NCBI RefSeq assembly: GCF_963676935.1
Contig: NZ_OY781470.1
Location: forward strand, 1,210,680-1,274,679
Source of the DNA: Halarcobacter sp.
GTDB taxonomy: Bacteria > Campylobacterota > Campylobacteria > Campylobacterales > Arcobacteraceae
DNA: 64,000 nucleotides
Direction of reading: 5' to 3'
Made by a program: the position numbers and the translations under genes. Below are positions 28,485 through 39,618 of the stretch, one piece after another. How positions within the stretch are numbered: the stretch's first letter is position 1; each line of letters begins with the position of its first letter. Under the pieces are notes generated by a model. That model had not been told where the DNA came from. It did no database searches and saw only the letters and a list, made by a program, of their open reading frames with translations.

Positions 28485-28953
28485 ATTACATTTTATGTGT
28501 GGTAAAATGGCTGCTGGAAAATCAACACTTTCAAAAAAGCTAGCTAAAGAATATAATGCAATAATACTAAGTGAAGATAAACTTTTAAAAATGTTATATC
28601 CAAATGAAATAATCACACTTCAAGACTATGTAAAATATTCAACAAGATTAAAAGAAACACTAACTCAACATATAATTGAACTTTTAGAAAAAGGAAATGA
28701 AGTTATATTAGATTTTCCTGCAAATACTATTACACAAAGACAATGGTTTAAAAAACTTTTTGAAACTGCAGAAGTTGAACATATTATGCATTATATAAAT
28801 AGAAGTGATGAGGTATGTAAACAACAATTAAAAAAGAGAAATGAAAAGATATCTAAAGATGAGCCTTTGATAGATGAAGCTACATTTGATGCTATAACTA
28901 AATATTTTCAAGAGCCAAGTAATTCTGAAAAATTTAATATAAAAGAATATTAA
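28456..28953 (+). CDS. P-loop kinase-like (AAA_33) protein
   Basis: Walker A CGKMAAGKST, VILDF; start approximate (MSNKLHFM may be the true N-terminus). Confidence 0.75.
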   Translation, partial: KERKNKMSNKLHFMCGKMAAGKSTLSKKLAKEYNAIILSEDKLLKMLYPNEIITLQDYVKYSTRLKETLTQHIIELLEKGNEVILDFPANTITQRQWFKKLFETAEVEHIMHYINRSDEVCKQQLKKRNEKISKDEPLIDEATFDAITKYFQEPSNSEKFNIKEY

Positions 28954-28957
28954 TTTT

Positions 28958-29419
28958 ATGCAGATAATAAATTATAATAAAAAATATTGTAAACAAATAG
29001 TAGAGCTTTTTACAAATACTATTCACAAAGTTTGTATTAAAGATTATACAAAAGAGCAATTAAAAGCTTGGGCAAATCCTAATATTGATTATAAAGCTTG
29101 GGAAGAAAGATTAAATAAAACAAAACCATACTTAGCAATAGCAGATGATAAATTAGTTGGATTTACAGAGTTTTATGACAATTATATTGATTGTTTTTAT
29201 GTACACCATGAATATCAAGGAAAAGGTGTAGGAAAAATGCTTATAAATAATATTTTGAAAATAGCAAAACAGAAGGAACAAACTTTTTTAAAAGTTGATG
29301 CAAGTATCACTGCAAAACCATTTTTTGAGAAGTTTGGTTTTAAAGAAGTAAAAAAGAACATAGTTAAAAGAACTAATGTTGAGTTAGTAAATTTTAATAT
29401 GCAAAGAGTAGAAGATTAA
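28958..29419 (+). CDS. GNAT acetyltransferase (YafP-like)
   Basis: IDCFYVHHEYQGKGVG, VDASITAKPFFEKFGF. Confidence 0.88.
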   Translation: MQIINYNKKYCKQIVELFTNTIHKVCIKDYTKEQLKAWANPNIDYKAWEERLNKTKPYLAIADDKLVGFTEFYDNYIDCFYVHHEYQGKGVGKMLINNILKIAKQKEQTFLKVDASITAKPFFEKFGFKEVKKNIVKRTNVELVNFNMQRVED

Positions 29420-29521
29420 AAATAGCAGCTGAAAAATCAATACTATTCTTTAACCCATTCAATTAAATTTAATTGTGATAGAAATTATTCTATCACAATT
29501 TAAGAATTTTGAATTACATAT

Positions 29522-31846
29522 TTAAAAACTCTCCCACTCATCGCTATCTTTTTTTGCTTTAATAACTTCTTTTTTTATTTCAGATTTTGATTCCTCTTTA
29601 TTTTCTTCTTTGGTTGGCATGTCAACTTTTTCTTTTTTATTATTATTTTTAGATATGACAGTATCTTTTCCTTTAAACTCTTTGGTGTTTGCATCATTTA
29701 CTATAAATTTAGATATTTGATCTGTTAAGCTTGCTATATCTTGGGTCTCAGATGCTATCATAGCATTCTCTTGTGTTTGCTGATCTAATTGATTTACTGC
29801 ATCATTGATTTGTTCTATTCCTGTAAGTTGTTCTTTCGAAGCATTTTCAATATCGGAGATTAGATTTGTTGTTTTTAGGATATCTTCATTTAACATTTTA
29901 TATCCTTTTATCATCTCTCCAGCTATATCTTTTCCATCATTTGCTTTACTTGTTGCATTTTCAACTAATGATTTTATCTCACTTGCTGCTTCTGCACTTC
30001 TTGAAGCTAGATTTCGTACTTCCCCTGCAACCACAGCAAATCCTTTTCCTGCTTCGCCTGCAGTTGCTGCTTCTACTGCTGCATTTAAGCTTAGGATATT
30101 TGTTTGGAAAGCTATTTGGTCTATTACCGTTATAGCTTCTTTTATTGCAGTAACTTGTAAATTGATATCTTCCATAGCTACTGTGGTATCATTAGCTAGT
30201 TTTTCACCTTTGTTTGCTGATGTACTTACTCCAGTTGATAGTTGAGACATTTTTGCTATATTCTCTGTATTACTTCTAATATTACCTGTTATCTCTTCTA
30301 ATGCTGCTGCTGTTTCTTCTAATGAGCTTGCTGCTTCATTGGAACTTTGATTTAGTTTATCTACGTTATTTAGTAAACTATTTGAACTATTCTCTAGTGT
30401 TAATCCATTTGATTTATTTTCTATTAACATTTCTGTTATTGAATCACCTAAAGTATTTACTCCAGAGGCTAATTTTAAAAGATGTTTTTTTAAGTTTTTT
30501 GTAGATATTTTATTTAAATAATTATATGAAGAGTATTCTTCTACAATCTCTAAGACATTGTTAATATTATTTTCTAGATTATCTGCCATCTTATTTAGTA
30601 CATCTTTTAGTTGCATTAAAGCTGGATTTGAGACATTTAAATCTAATCTTTGTACTAAATCACCTTGTTCAAACTCTCCTAATACAGCAATAGTTTCATC
30701 TATTAATCTTCTATCTTCTTCTATACCTTTTTTCGTTTTTTCTATATTCTCATTTACTACTTTTGCCATATTTCCAAATTCATCTGTTGAGTCAATTTTT
30801 ATTAATTCTACTTCTGGTATCTCTCGATTTAAGTATTTAAAGAAGTCCATTAATCCTGTTTGGAAAGTATTTAACAAAGTAGTTATATTTCTTGGCAATA
30901 CTATTGCTAAGAAAATTATTAAAGCTAATATTATTATAGATATTATTGTAATTAATGATTTTATATTTGAATTTAATTTCTTAACAGCTGGTCCAATTAA
31001 ATCTTGATCTGCTTTAATTGATAATTTAACCTCTTCACTTAAATTTGCAATTTTGGGACCAATAACGTCTGTTTTTCCATCGACTACTTCTCTTCTTTTA
31101 ATCGTGTTATCATATATATCTGTTACTGCTTTCGTATATTTTTGTATCAAATCAATTGATTCATCAAGTTTACTTATTCTATTAGTGTTTTTTATAGTGC
31201 TTTTTAGTGCAGTTAAGTTTTTAGACAAAATATTAAATTCACTTTCTACTCTATCGTAGTCATCTTTAGACTCTGTACCTAAAAACTTCATTGTATAAAG
31301 TCGTGCTAATAATAAGCTTTTAATTGCTGTACCTGTGAGATAAGAAGTTTCATGATCTTTTTCATTTTTTGTAGCTTTAAAAACAGAAGATAAAATAGTT
31401 TCAATTTTTTTACCATCTACATTTAATATGGTATTTAATATTTTATCTTTATTTTTTGTATATTTTACTATTTCATAAAAACTATCTTTGTATTCTTTTA
31501 AATCTTTATCTATTTCCAATACTTTTGGAGCACGAGTTGGATTTTGAATCTCTTTTTTTGCTATATTAATAAATTTTTCTGTTTTTTTGTAAGAATCTTC
31601 GAACTTATCTATATTTTTTTGTGTAGCTGAACCTAAATACTTAATAGCACTAATTCTTGTCTCTAACATATTTGCTTGAACACGAGAAGCAAGAACAGTA
31701 TCTTTTGCCATCTCTCGGTATGAATTAAATCCATCACCTGCTTTATTAATTGAATATATACTATATCCTGCCAAGCAGATAATTAGACCAACTATCAAAG
31801 TAAATGAAGAGACTAACTTCATTTTTATTGTCATATTTTTAAACAT
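29522..31846 (-). CDS. Methyl-accepting chemotaxis protein with large periplasmic helical sensor
   Basis: Two TM helices, long helical periplasmic domain, [26 protein letters not shown]. Confidence 0.92.
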   Translation of the reverse strand: MFKNMTIKMKLVSSFTLIVGLIICLAGYSIYSINKAGDGFNSYREMAKDTVLASRVQANMLETRISAIKYLGSATQKNIDKFEDSYKKTEKFINIAKKEIQNPTRAPKVLEIDKDLKEYKDSFYEIVKYTKNKDKILNTILNVDGKKIETILSSVFKATKNEKDHETSYLTGTAIKSLLLARLYTMKFLGTESKDDYDRVESEFNILSKNLTALKSTIKNTNRISKLDESIDLIQKYTKAVTDIYDNTIKRREVVDGKTDVIGPKIANLSEEVKLSIKADQDLIGPAVKKLNSNIKSLITIISIIILALIIFLAIVLPRNITTLLNTFQTGLMDFFKYLNREIPEVELIKIDSTDEFGNMAKVVNENIEKTKKGIEEDRRLIDETIAVLGEFEQGDLVQRLDLNVSNPALMQLKDVLNKMADNLENNINNVLEIVEEYSSYNYLNKISTKNLKKHLLKLASGVNTLGDSITEMLIENKSNGLTLENSSNSLLNNVDKLNQSSNEAASSLEETAAALEEITGNIRSNTENIAKMSQLSTGVSTSANKGEKLANDTTVAMEDINLQVTAIKEAITVIDQIAFQTNILSLNAAVEAATAGEAGKGFAVVAGEVRNLASRSAEAASEIKSLVENATSKANDGKDIAGEMIKGYKMLNEDILKTTNLISDIENASKEQLTGIEQINDAVNQLDQQTQENAMIASETQDIASLTDQISKFIVNDANTKEFKGKDTVISKNNNKKEKVDMPTKEENKEESKSEIKKEVIKAKKDSDEWESF

Positions 31847-31973
31847 ATTTTTTCTCCTTCTTTATTCATATATTTATTATTAGAACTTAAATTAAATAAT
31901 TTTGATTATGTTATGCAATACTATTTAAATAAATACAAAACTCTATTCCATTCAAACTTTTTCTTTAAATTTA

Positions 31974-32000
31974 TTATTTGTTATTTGTTATTTGTTATTG
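31974..32000. repeat. Short tandem repeat (TTATTTG)x3 + TTATTG
   Basis: Read directly in the MCP upstream region. Confidence 0.8.
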
Positions 32001-32487
32001 TAGTTTCTCCTTTGTAATATTTTTCGATAAATATAGACTTGTAACCACTAGTACTATTAATCATAATTATTGGTTTATTTTTGTTTTTTTGAGTCTGGAT
32101 TATCATATATTTAGATATTGAATTATGTTTCAAAACATTTATTAGTGAAGCCAAAATATGTAAAAATATATATGATAATTGATTTTTATAACCAATAATA
32201 TATTGGGCAGTAAACCAATCATTTTTAATAGAAATTTTATGTTTTTTAAAAGAGGAGTAGGAAAAGATAATATATTCTGCAAAGTATTATTAATATTGAA
32301 TAATTTAATATTTTCATTTATTTTAATTAATATATTAGTATACATGCTATTCTGTTGTTAACAAGTTATGTTCACTATTAAGCAAAGTGCCAGAGGAGAT
32401 AGTATATATTTTATTCATAAGTATCTTTAATATTATATTATGTAGTTATTAATTATTATTTTACTCTTATGTTTAAATCATAATCTA

Positions 32488-32540
32488 TATCCTATGGGAT
32501 AAATTATCTTTTAGTAATTAAATTTATCCTATAGGATAAA
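32488..32540. promoter_or_regulatory. Pair of palindromic operator-like boxes
   Basis: TATCCTATGGGATA (32488-32501) and perfect TTTATCCTATAGGATAAA (32523-32540) upstream of the XRE remnant. Confidence 0.6.
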
Positions 32541-32608
32541 GATAAAAAGAAACTCTAAGTATATAATAGGAATTTTTTAATTAATTATTTTTATAGGAAT
32601 AAATAAAA

Positions 32609-32847
32609 ATGAATATTTTTACTAATTCATCTCAGTTAGAGATTGATATATTTCATCAAAAAATATCAAAAAAAGAAGATTAGACAAAAATTTAAATCAA
32701 TTGGATATTGCCTTAGATATAGGTATTAACTCAGTTGCATTTTATTCAAATTGTGAGAATTGCAGATATGGTAAACATTTTAATATAGGACATATTTATA
32801 GAATCGCAAAGATTTTTAATATTGAACCATATGAATTGTTAAAATAA
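32609..32847 (+). pseudogene. Frameshifted XRE-family HTH regulator
   Basis: MNIFTNSSQLEIDIFHQKISKKED* then, in another frame after an A-run, KRRLDKNLNQLDIALDIGINSVAFYSNCENCRYGKHFNIGHIYRIAKIFNIEPYELLK*. Confidence 0.75.
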
Positions 32848-32868
32848 AATATTTTGTTACTATTTAAT

Positions 32869-33381
32869 TCATTCTCCCATTGCAGATTTTGTTGCAAAAA
32901 TTACAATTCCTATTGCAAATAATAAAACTATTAAAAGAGAAATAATTTTATAAAAAGTTACTTTGATACTTACTTTTTCATTATTTTCAGCTTTAATATC
33001 ATTAAATCTTATACATAAATATATTAGAATAAGACCTATTAAAGTACTGATAAATTCTATTGAAAATAATGTTGTTGACATAGCTATAGGACTTGTTGGA
33101 AAAATTTTAAATAAATCAAGAATATATACAAAAATATAAAGAAGTGCAAAAAGAGTACTCATTACAACAGAATATCTCTTTTTCTTAATAATTAAAAAAG
33201 CAACAACAAAGCTTAACAGTCCTAATGCAGTAAGAAAAATATTAAATAAAGTTAGAGTTGTTTCACTATAGTGAGAGAAGTCTCTTGTTTCTATTGGACC
33301 ACCTGGAACTAAAATTGTTAGTAAAATAGATAAAGAAACAAGTAAAAATGCAATAATATAATGAATATTTTTTGAAAGCAT
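32869..33381 (-). CDS. Hypothetical membrane protein (about 5 TM)
   Basis: Hydrophobic segments; PGGPIETRDFSH motif. Confidence 0.75.
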   Translation of the reverse strand: MLSKNIHYIIAFLLVSLSILLTILVPGGPIETRDFSHYSETTLTLFNIFLTALGLLSFVVAFLIIKKKRYSVVMSTLFALLYIFVYILDLFKIFPTSPIAMSTTLFSIEFISTLIGLILIYLCIRFNDIKAENNEKVSIKVTFYKIISLLIVLLFAIGIVIFATKSAMGE

Positions 33382-33565
33382 AAATAACCTTTGTAAATAT
33401 AAAATAGCAAAAATATTTTACTCAAATGGATGTTTTATGAAGATTAAAATAGTCATCTTAAACTAAAACAATAAATGAATTAAATTATTTTTATAAAAAA
33501 TCTTAATTTAATTATGAGAATAAATAGCATAGAATACTGATTAAATACATTTTAGGCTTTAATTA

Positions 33566-34666
33566 ATGAAACAAATTATTAAAACAATTACCGAAATTGG
33601 TATAACTGATGATACTGACCATTGGTTATCAGGCAAAATTAAACTTGTAAATATTATCTCTTTAGTAAATTTTATTTTTATATTAAGTATGATATTTCTT
33701 GATTTACTTTTAAATAAAACATATAATTTATCTATTATTCTTTTAATTATCAGTTTTATTATGTTTATCCCATATTATTTAAATTATAAAAAAAAATATA
33801 TAGCTTCTAGAATTGCTTTTTTATCATTAGCATATATATCGATTTGTTCTTTAGCTGTACTTTTTGGAAAAGAGTTTAATTTTCAATACTATTTAGTTCC
33901 TGGTGTGGGGATGTCATTAATATTTTTCAGAGATGAAATAGGTAATAAAAAATGGATATTTACTTTTTTGGGAATACCTTTATGGATTTTTCTTGAAATT
34001 TGGTTTGTATTATATTCTCCTATTATTTCAGTGGGGAAATATATTGAAGTAATACCATATTTTAGCACTTTATTAATATTTTTGACAGCAATTTTGATGT
34101 TTGGTACATTTACGCATGAGAGTGGTAAACATCTAAAAAATATATCAAATATGAATAAAAAACTTAAAAAATTAGCCAATATTGATCCTTTGACAAAACT
34201 TTATAATAGACGTTTTATGGATGAAAAAATAAATTATTTCTTCAATTTATCAAAACGTAATAATGGGTTTTTAGCAATGTGTATTTTTGATATAGACTTT
34301 TTTAAAAAGGTTAATGATACTTATGGACATGATGCTGGAGACAAAGTTTTACAAACAGTTTCAAAACTTGCAAAGGAAAATTTTAGAGAAACTGATTTTG
34401 TAGGAAGAATTGGTGGAGAAGAGTTTTGTGTAATTTTTACGTATGGAAATATAAATTCAGTAAAAGATGCAATAGAAAGATTTAGAAAAATTATTGAAAA
34501 CAATAGATTAAAATATGAGAAAAATGAAATAAAAACTACAGCAAGTTTTGGAATAAGTTATTTAACAAGTGATATAAAAACACAAGAACAATTATATAAA
34601 AATGCAGATAGTGCTTTATATGAAGCAAAAAATACGGGGAGAAATAAGATTGTAGATGCAATATAA
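33566..34666 (+). CDS. Membrane-bound diguanylate cyclase
   Basis: N-terminal TM helices, DPLTKLYNRR, DIDFFKKVNDTYGH, GGEEF with RETD I-site. Confidence 0.92.
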   Translation: MKQIIKTITEIGITDDTDHWLSGKIKLVNIISLVNFIFILSMIFLDLLLNKTYNLSIILLIISFIMFIPYYLNYKKKYIASRIAFLSLAYISICSLAVLFGKEFNFQYYLVPGVGMSLIFFRDEIGNKKWIFTFLGIPLWIFLEIWFVLYSPIISVGKYIEVIPYFSTLLIFLTAILMFGTFTHESGKHLKNISNMNKKLKKLANIDPLTKLYNRRFMDEKINYFFNLSKRNNGFLAMCIFDIDFFKKVNDTYGHDAGDKVLQTVSKLAKENFRETDFVGRIGGEEFCVIFTYGNINSVKDAIERFRKIIENNRLKYEKNEIKTTASFGISYLTSDIKTQEQLYKNADSALYEAKNTGRNKIVDAI

Positions 34667-34731
34667 ATTTTAAAACTTTGATTTAAGAGAATAAATCATA
34701 TAATCATTATTATACTTAAAAGGCAAAAAAT

Positions 34732-34802
34732 ATGAATATTTTACTCTAATTCAAGGGTAAAATCTAATCTTATCCTTGATTCAAATGTTACAAAATCAAG
34801 GA
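34732..34802 (+). promoter_or_regulatory. uORF MNILL* with alternative RBS-sequestering hairpins (candidate translational attenuator)
   Basis: uORF 34732-34749; 34773-34781 TCCTTGATT is exactly complementary to 34794-34802 AATCAAGGA (RBS); 34770-34779 can instead pair with 34751-34760. Confidence 0.6.
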
Positions 34803-34807
34803 ATTTT

Positions 34808-36289
34808 ATGAAACAACTACAAATAAATAAATTAACATTTAAATATTCAAATACAACTATCTTTTTTGATATTTCATTAAACTTTTCTCCTTTATGGACA
34901 GGTATTGTGGGAGTAAATGGTTCAGGTAAAACAACTCTTTTAAAACTTATTTCAAAAGATGAAAAAGTACAAAGTGGAACAATTAGCGGAAATGATTTGG
35001 TCTATTATTGTGCACAAACATTAGAAAAGAAGCCAAAAGGTTTTGATGAGTTTATTTATACATACAATACTAATACATTTAGATTAAAACAACTATTAAA
35101 AATAGAAGATGAATGGTTTTATAGGTGGAATACACTTAGCTTTGGAGAAAGAAAGAGGATTCAAATTGCAATAGCACTTTTTCATACACCTGATATTCTT
35201 TTATTGGATGAACCAACAAATCATTTAGATATTTCTAATAAAAATATTGTGTTAAAGGCTTTAAAAAGTTTTTCTGGAATTGGTATTATAGTAAGCCATG
35301 ATAGAGAAGTGTTAAATATCTTATGTAAAAATACAGTAATAATAAAAGATAAAAAGGTTTATAGTTATAAAAGTTCTTTTAACACAGCTATAAAAGAGTT
35401 AAAAGAGTATGAAATGTATTTACAAAAACAAAATAAAAATATTAATACGCAAATAAAAAAACTAGAAAAAAATATAACTATACAAAAACAAAAAGTTTTA
35501 GAATCAAAAGAGCGTTTATCAAAAAAAAGTATTAATTCAAAAGATAAAAGTTTGAAAGAAAAAATAAATTTAGCAAAACTAACAGGAAAAGATAAATACA
35601 ATTCAAGATTAGTAAATACTTTTACTAAGAAATTAAGTGAAACAAATTCAAAAAAGAATTATTTATCAAAAGAGTATGATAAAGGAATTGTAATAAATGA
35701 AAAATCAAACAATTCAAAGAAGTTTAATTTATGTTTGGAAGAAGGAAAGGTAAAACTCTCAAATGAAAAAATACTCTATTATCCAAATCTTTCAATAAAT
35801 CATAATGATAAAATTGCAATAGTAGGGGATAATGGAGTAGGTAAAAGTACTTTTTTAAAATATATTATTTCAAATTTACCAGAAAAGCATAAGTACTTAT
35901 ATCTACCCCAAGAGATAAATAAAAATCAAATTAATAAATTTTTTAATGAATTAAATAGTTTGAATAATGAAAAGAAAGGTAGGCTTTTTACCTTAGTTCA
36001 AAGATTATCTTCAAATCCAAAAAATTTATTAGATACAGCAACTTCAAGCCCAGGAGAAATAAAAAAACTTTTTATAGCAAAAGCTTTATTAGATGATATA
36101 AGCCTGATAATTTTAGATGAACCAACAAATCATATGGACATCGATTCAATTGTAACTTTAGAAAGAGCATTAAAAGATTATAAAAATACTCTTATATTTG
36201 TTAGTCATGATATGCAATTTATAAAAAATATATTTGCGAAAGTATGGTTTATAAAAGAAGTAGAGATAAATAAATTTGTATTAGAATGA
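34808..36289 (+). CDS. ABC-F family ATPase (possible ribosome protection)
   Basis: Two ABC cassettes (GVNGSGKT/LSFGE/DEPTNHLD; GDNGVGKS/SPGE/DEPTNHMD), no TM. Confidence 0.88.
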   Translation: MKQLQINKLTFKYSNTTIFFDISLNFSPLWTGIVGVNGSGKTTLLKLISKDEKVQSGTISGNDLVYYCAQTLEKKPKGFDEFIYTYNTNTFRLKQLLKIEDEWFYRWNTLSFGERKRIQIAIALFHTPDILLLDEPTNHLDISNKNIVLKALKSFSGIGIIVSHDREVLNILCKNTVIIKDKKVYSYKSSFNTAIKELKEYEMYLQKQNKNINTQIKKLEKNITIQKQKVLESKERLSKKSINSKDKSLKEKINLAKLTGKDKYNSRLVNTFTKKLSETNSKKNYLSKEYDKGIVINEKSNNSKKFNLCLEEGKVKLSNEKILYYPNLSINHNDKIAIVGDNGVGKSTFLKYIISNLPEKHKYLYLPQEINKNQINKFFNELNSLNNEKKGRLFTLVQRLSSNPKNLLDTATSSPGEIKKLFIAKALLDDISLIILDEPTNHMDIDSIVTLERALKDYKNTLIFVSHDMQFIKNIFAKVWFIKEVEINKFVLE

Positions 36290-36580
36290 ATTTTTATTTA
36301 AAAATTTTTTTGCTTGTATTTCACTAAGCCCAGATTTTGAGCACGCAATTTCAAAAGTTTCCTCTGCTACTATAAGCCTTTGAAACACTTTATATTTATA
36401 TTTGTTTGTTAGAATATACATTCTTTTCCTTTTTTTGTTTGATATATTAAACTATTGAATAGTCGGAGTTTGTTGTGTTTAAGAATTGAATTTTAATAAA
36501 ATAGAGTAGATATAAAATCAATAAATTATATTGTATAATTTATTGAACTTTATATATTTTTTTATGATAAGTAAAAAGTT

Positions 36581-36799
36581 TTAGATAACTTCTACATTTT
36601 GTGCAAAGTCACCTTTTGCATTATTTCCAATTACAAAACTAACTTTTTGATTCTCATCTAGAGATACTTTTCCATATCCTGTATGATTAATTTCTCTATA
36701 ATGAACAAAAATATCTTTAGTTCCATCTTCTAATTGGATAAATCCAAAACCTTTTTCGCTATTGAACCATTTTACAGTTCCGTTGTATCTATTTGACAT
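36581..36799 (-). CDS. cspA: Cold-shock protein
   Basis: [21 protein letters not shown]; ATG at 36799 behind AAGGA. Confidence 0.9.
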   Translation of the reverse strand: MSNRYNGTVKWFNSEKGFGFIQLEDGTKDIFVHYREINHTGYGKVSLDENQKVSFVIGNNAKGDFAQNVEVI

Positions 36800-36986
36800 A
36801 GAAATCCTTTTAAATAATCTCTTCATTTATGAAGTTTTAGTAAAGTTGACCAGATTTAATATTTTGAGAGTAATGTATTAATTTGTAGTGTTAATAAAAA
36901 AGCTAACAATGTATAAGTACTAATTTTCTTTAAGTAAACGCAGTCTACCTGAAAAAAATAAAAAAAGCAAGTTTTTATCAAAGATT

Positions 36987-38360
36987 TTAATTAAATTTAC
37001 AAATATCCCAAATTTTCTTAAATATATCCATTGCTTCATTGATCTGATTTTCTTTTAAACCACCAAATCCCATTGATATTACTTGTTCATTTTGTGTTAG
37101 TTGTCTTGTGTATATTTTTAGATACTCTTTTTTGCATTCATTTTGGAATCTATTTAAATCAATATTTACTAAAGGTTTTATCAATATATTTAATCCACTT
37201 CCATCTCTTAAGATTTCTACATCATTTTTTAATAAACTAGTTATCTTCGTTTTTAAAATATCATGTTTCTTTTTATTTTGAGTTCTTACTTTTCTTAAGT
37301 GTCTATCCCAAAATCCCTCTTTCATAAATAGTGCTAAGGTTTTTTGTATATCTATAGGAATATTAGAGAAAGGATAATCAAACTCTTTTTTATATCTTTC
37401 AAGTAATTTATTTGGTAAAACTAAATATGCAATTCTAATTGAGGGTGAAAGGGATTTTGAGAATGTACCTGTATAGATTACTTGCTGGTTATTGTTTATC
37501 CCTTGCATAGCTGGAATTGGTCTATTGTTGTAACTAAGTTCACTATCATAGTCATCTTCAACTATATAAGAGTTGTTTTCTTTTGCCCAGTTTATAATTT
37601 CAATTCTCTTTGCAATAGGAGTAGTTATTCCAAAAAAGTATTGATGTGAAGGAGTTAGGTAGAGTAAGTTTGCTTTTGATTTCTTTAAACTATTTAAATT
37701 TATACCATATTTACCTACTGGTATCTCTTCTATTTTAAAATTGTGTTGTTCAAAAACTTTTCTTGCAACCCTATAACTTGGTGTTTCAAAAGCTATACTT
37801 TTTATATCTTTTTTCAAAATTGTTGAGATTAAAAACATAGAATCAGCAAAACCACTTGTTAATACAATATTTTCAATATTACAGTTAACATCTCTTGACT
37901 TTGCTAAATATTTAGAAATCTCTTCTCTTAATTCAAAATCACCCTGTCTATCATGGTATATACCCATATTTAAATCACTCTTTAATATTTTGTTATAGAG
38001 TCTTAACCACGTTTTTTTAGGAAAAGTATCATCACTCAGGCATGCTGGATAAAAATCATATTTGATTATATCTTCACACAAGTTATTGTTTAATATTTCA
38101 TTATCTTCTTTTTTAAAGTTTTCATATAAATCTTCACTAACAAAATATCCACTTTGTGGAATACTTTCAATATAACCCTCAGCATATAGTTGATTATAAG
38201 CAGTTTGGACAGTATTTTTGCTAATTTTATATTCTAAAGTCATTTTTCTTATTGAAGGAAGTTTTTCACCTGCTTTTAGATTGTTTTTTATGTCATCTTT
38301 TATTGCTTCATATAGTTGAATATAAATTGGTTTTTCTATATTTTGATCTATTTTATACAT
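36987..38360 (-). CDS. MocR/GabR-family PLP-dependent regulator
   Basis: GntR HTH (PIYIQLY, LPSIR, AEGYIES) plus aminotransferase domain (EDDYDSE, GTFSKSL). Confidence 0.92.
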   Translation of the reverse strand: MYKIDQNIEKPIYIQLYEAIKDDIKNNLKAGEKLPSIRKMTLEYKISKNTVQTAYNQLYAEGYIESIPQSGYFVSEDLYENFKKEDNEILNNNLCEDIIKYDFYPACLSDDTFPKKTWLRLYNKILKSDLNMGIYHDRQGDFELREEISKYLAKSRDVNCNIENIVLTSGFADSMFLISTILKKDIKSIAFETPSYRVARKVFEQHNFKIEEIPVGKYGINLNSLKKSKANLLYLTPSHQYFFGITTPIAKRIEIINWAKENNSYIVEDDYDSELSYNNRPIPAMQGINNNQQVIYTGTFSKSLSPSIRIAYLVLPNKLLERYKKEFDYPFSNIPIDIQKTLALFMKEGFWDRHLRKVRTQNKKKHDILKTKITSLLKNDVEILRDGSGLNILIKPLVNIDLNRFQNECKKEYLKIYTRQLTQNEQVISMGFGGLKENQINEAMDIFKKIWDICKFN

Positions 38361-38461
38361 AAACTGTCCCTATAAAATTTTTATAATTTGTATCTTGTGA
38401 GAAGTACAATTTAGTGTTATACTAACACATCTTTTTTAAAATAACAAAATAAGGAGTTAAA

Positions 38462-39055
38462 ATGAAAGCTCAAGTAAGAATAAAAGATAAAAATATAATT
38501 GTAAAATTATTAGAAGATGTTGAATACGGAACTCTTGCTTTATCTAAAAACAATATTCCATATAGTTTACCAATAAATTTTGTATATGCAGAAGATACTA
38601 TATATTTTCATGGGGCTAAAAAAGGTAAGAAAAAAGATTTTATGAGTGATAATAATTTAGCTTCATTTTCTGTTGTTGAACCATTTTCTCTTATTCAGTC
38701 TTATTTTAGTAGTAAAGATAATTTAGCTTGTCCAGCAACACACTTTTTTAAATCTGTCATTTGTGATGGAGAGATTGTATTTGTTGATGAGTATGAAGAA
38801 AAAGTAAAAGCATTATCCTTGTTGATGAAAAAGTTACAACCTGAAGGGAAATATATTCCATTAGATGATAAAATATATTTAAATATGATAAATGCGACTG
38901 AAGTATTTAAATTAAAAATAAAAAATATTGAGGGTAAATTAAAACTAGGTCAAAACTTGCCTAAAGATAGATTCAATATGATTTTAGAATATCTTGAAAA
39001 TAGAGGTTTTGATTTAGATAAAGAAACAATTACACAGATGAAGGAGTATAGATGA
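38462..39055 (+). CDS. Pyridoxamine-5'-phosphate-oxidase-family flavin-binding protein
   Basis: YGTLAL...PYSLPINF...IYFHGAKKG; KLGQN; divergent from the MocR gene. Confidence 0.85.
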   Translation: MKAQVRIKDKNIIVKLLEDVEYGTLALSKNNIPYSLPINFVYAEDTIYFHGAKKGKKKDFMSDNNLASFSVVEPFSLIQSYFSSKDNLACPATHFFKSVICDGEIVFVDEYEEKVKALSLLMKKLQPEGKYIPLDDKIYLNMINATEVFKLKIKNIEGKLKLGQNLPKDRFNMILEYLENRGFDLDKETITQMKEYR

Positions 39056-39612
39056 TTGAATGTAGATTAGCAAAATTAGAAGATATAGAACAAATTTTAA
39101 AACTTCATGCAAGATATCAAGTAGATACAATAAATGAAGATGATAAAAAAGATGGATTTATTACTACAGCGTTTACAAAAGAGCAGTTAACAGCTCTAAT
39201 AGAAGATGAACAAGGTTTATTCGTCGCAATAAAAGATGGAGAGATAGTAGCTTATGTTATGGCAGCATCTTGGAAATTTTGGTCTGCATGGCCTATGTTT
39301 GTTCATATGATAAAAGATTTATCAAATGTAAAATTTAAAGGAATAACTTTAACAGTAGATAATTCATATCAATATGGTCCCGTTTGTGTTGATAAAAGTG
39401 TAAGAAGTAGTGGAGTATTAGAAAAGATATTTGATTTTGCAAGAGAAGAGATGTCAAAGAAGTATCCAATACTTGTTACATTTATAAATAAAATAAACCC
39501 TAGGTCTTATGAAGCACACACTAGAAAATTAGGTTTAGAAGTTGTAAAAGAGTTTGAATTTAACAATAATCAATATTATGAATTGTGTTATGACACATCA
39601 AAACCTTTATAA
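39052..39612 (+). CDS. GNAT-family acetyltransferase
   Basis: YQYGPVCVDKSVRSSG, NPRSYEAHTRKLG. Confidence 0.8.
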   Translation: MIECRLAKLEDIEQILKLHARYQVDTINEDDKKDGFITTAFTKEQLTALIEDEQGLFVAIKDGEIVAYVMAASWKFWSAWPMFVHMIKDLSNVKFKGITLTVDNSYQYGPVCVDKSVRSSGVLEKIFDFAREEMSKKYPILVTFINKINPRSYEAHTRKLGLEVVKEFEFNNNQYYELCYDTSKPL

Positions 39613-39618
39613 AATAAA

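Noticed and set aside
27747-29419. K-channel / kinase / GNAT run as integron cassettes
   Set aside because: Cargo looks cassette-like, but the genes abut or overlap with no attC structures.
36300-36400. Slightly GC-richer intergenic patch (AAGCCCAGATTTTGAGCACGC...) as an IS remnant
   Set aside because: No recognisable terminal repeat or transposase frame; cannot be supported without a search.
36800-36900. cspA thermosensor 5' UTR
   Set aside because: Plausible by position, but I could not identify a convincing conserved structure.
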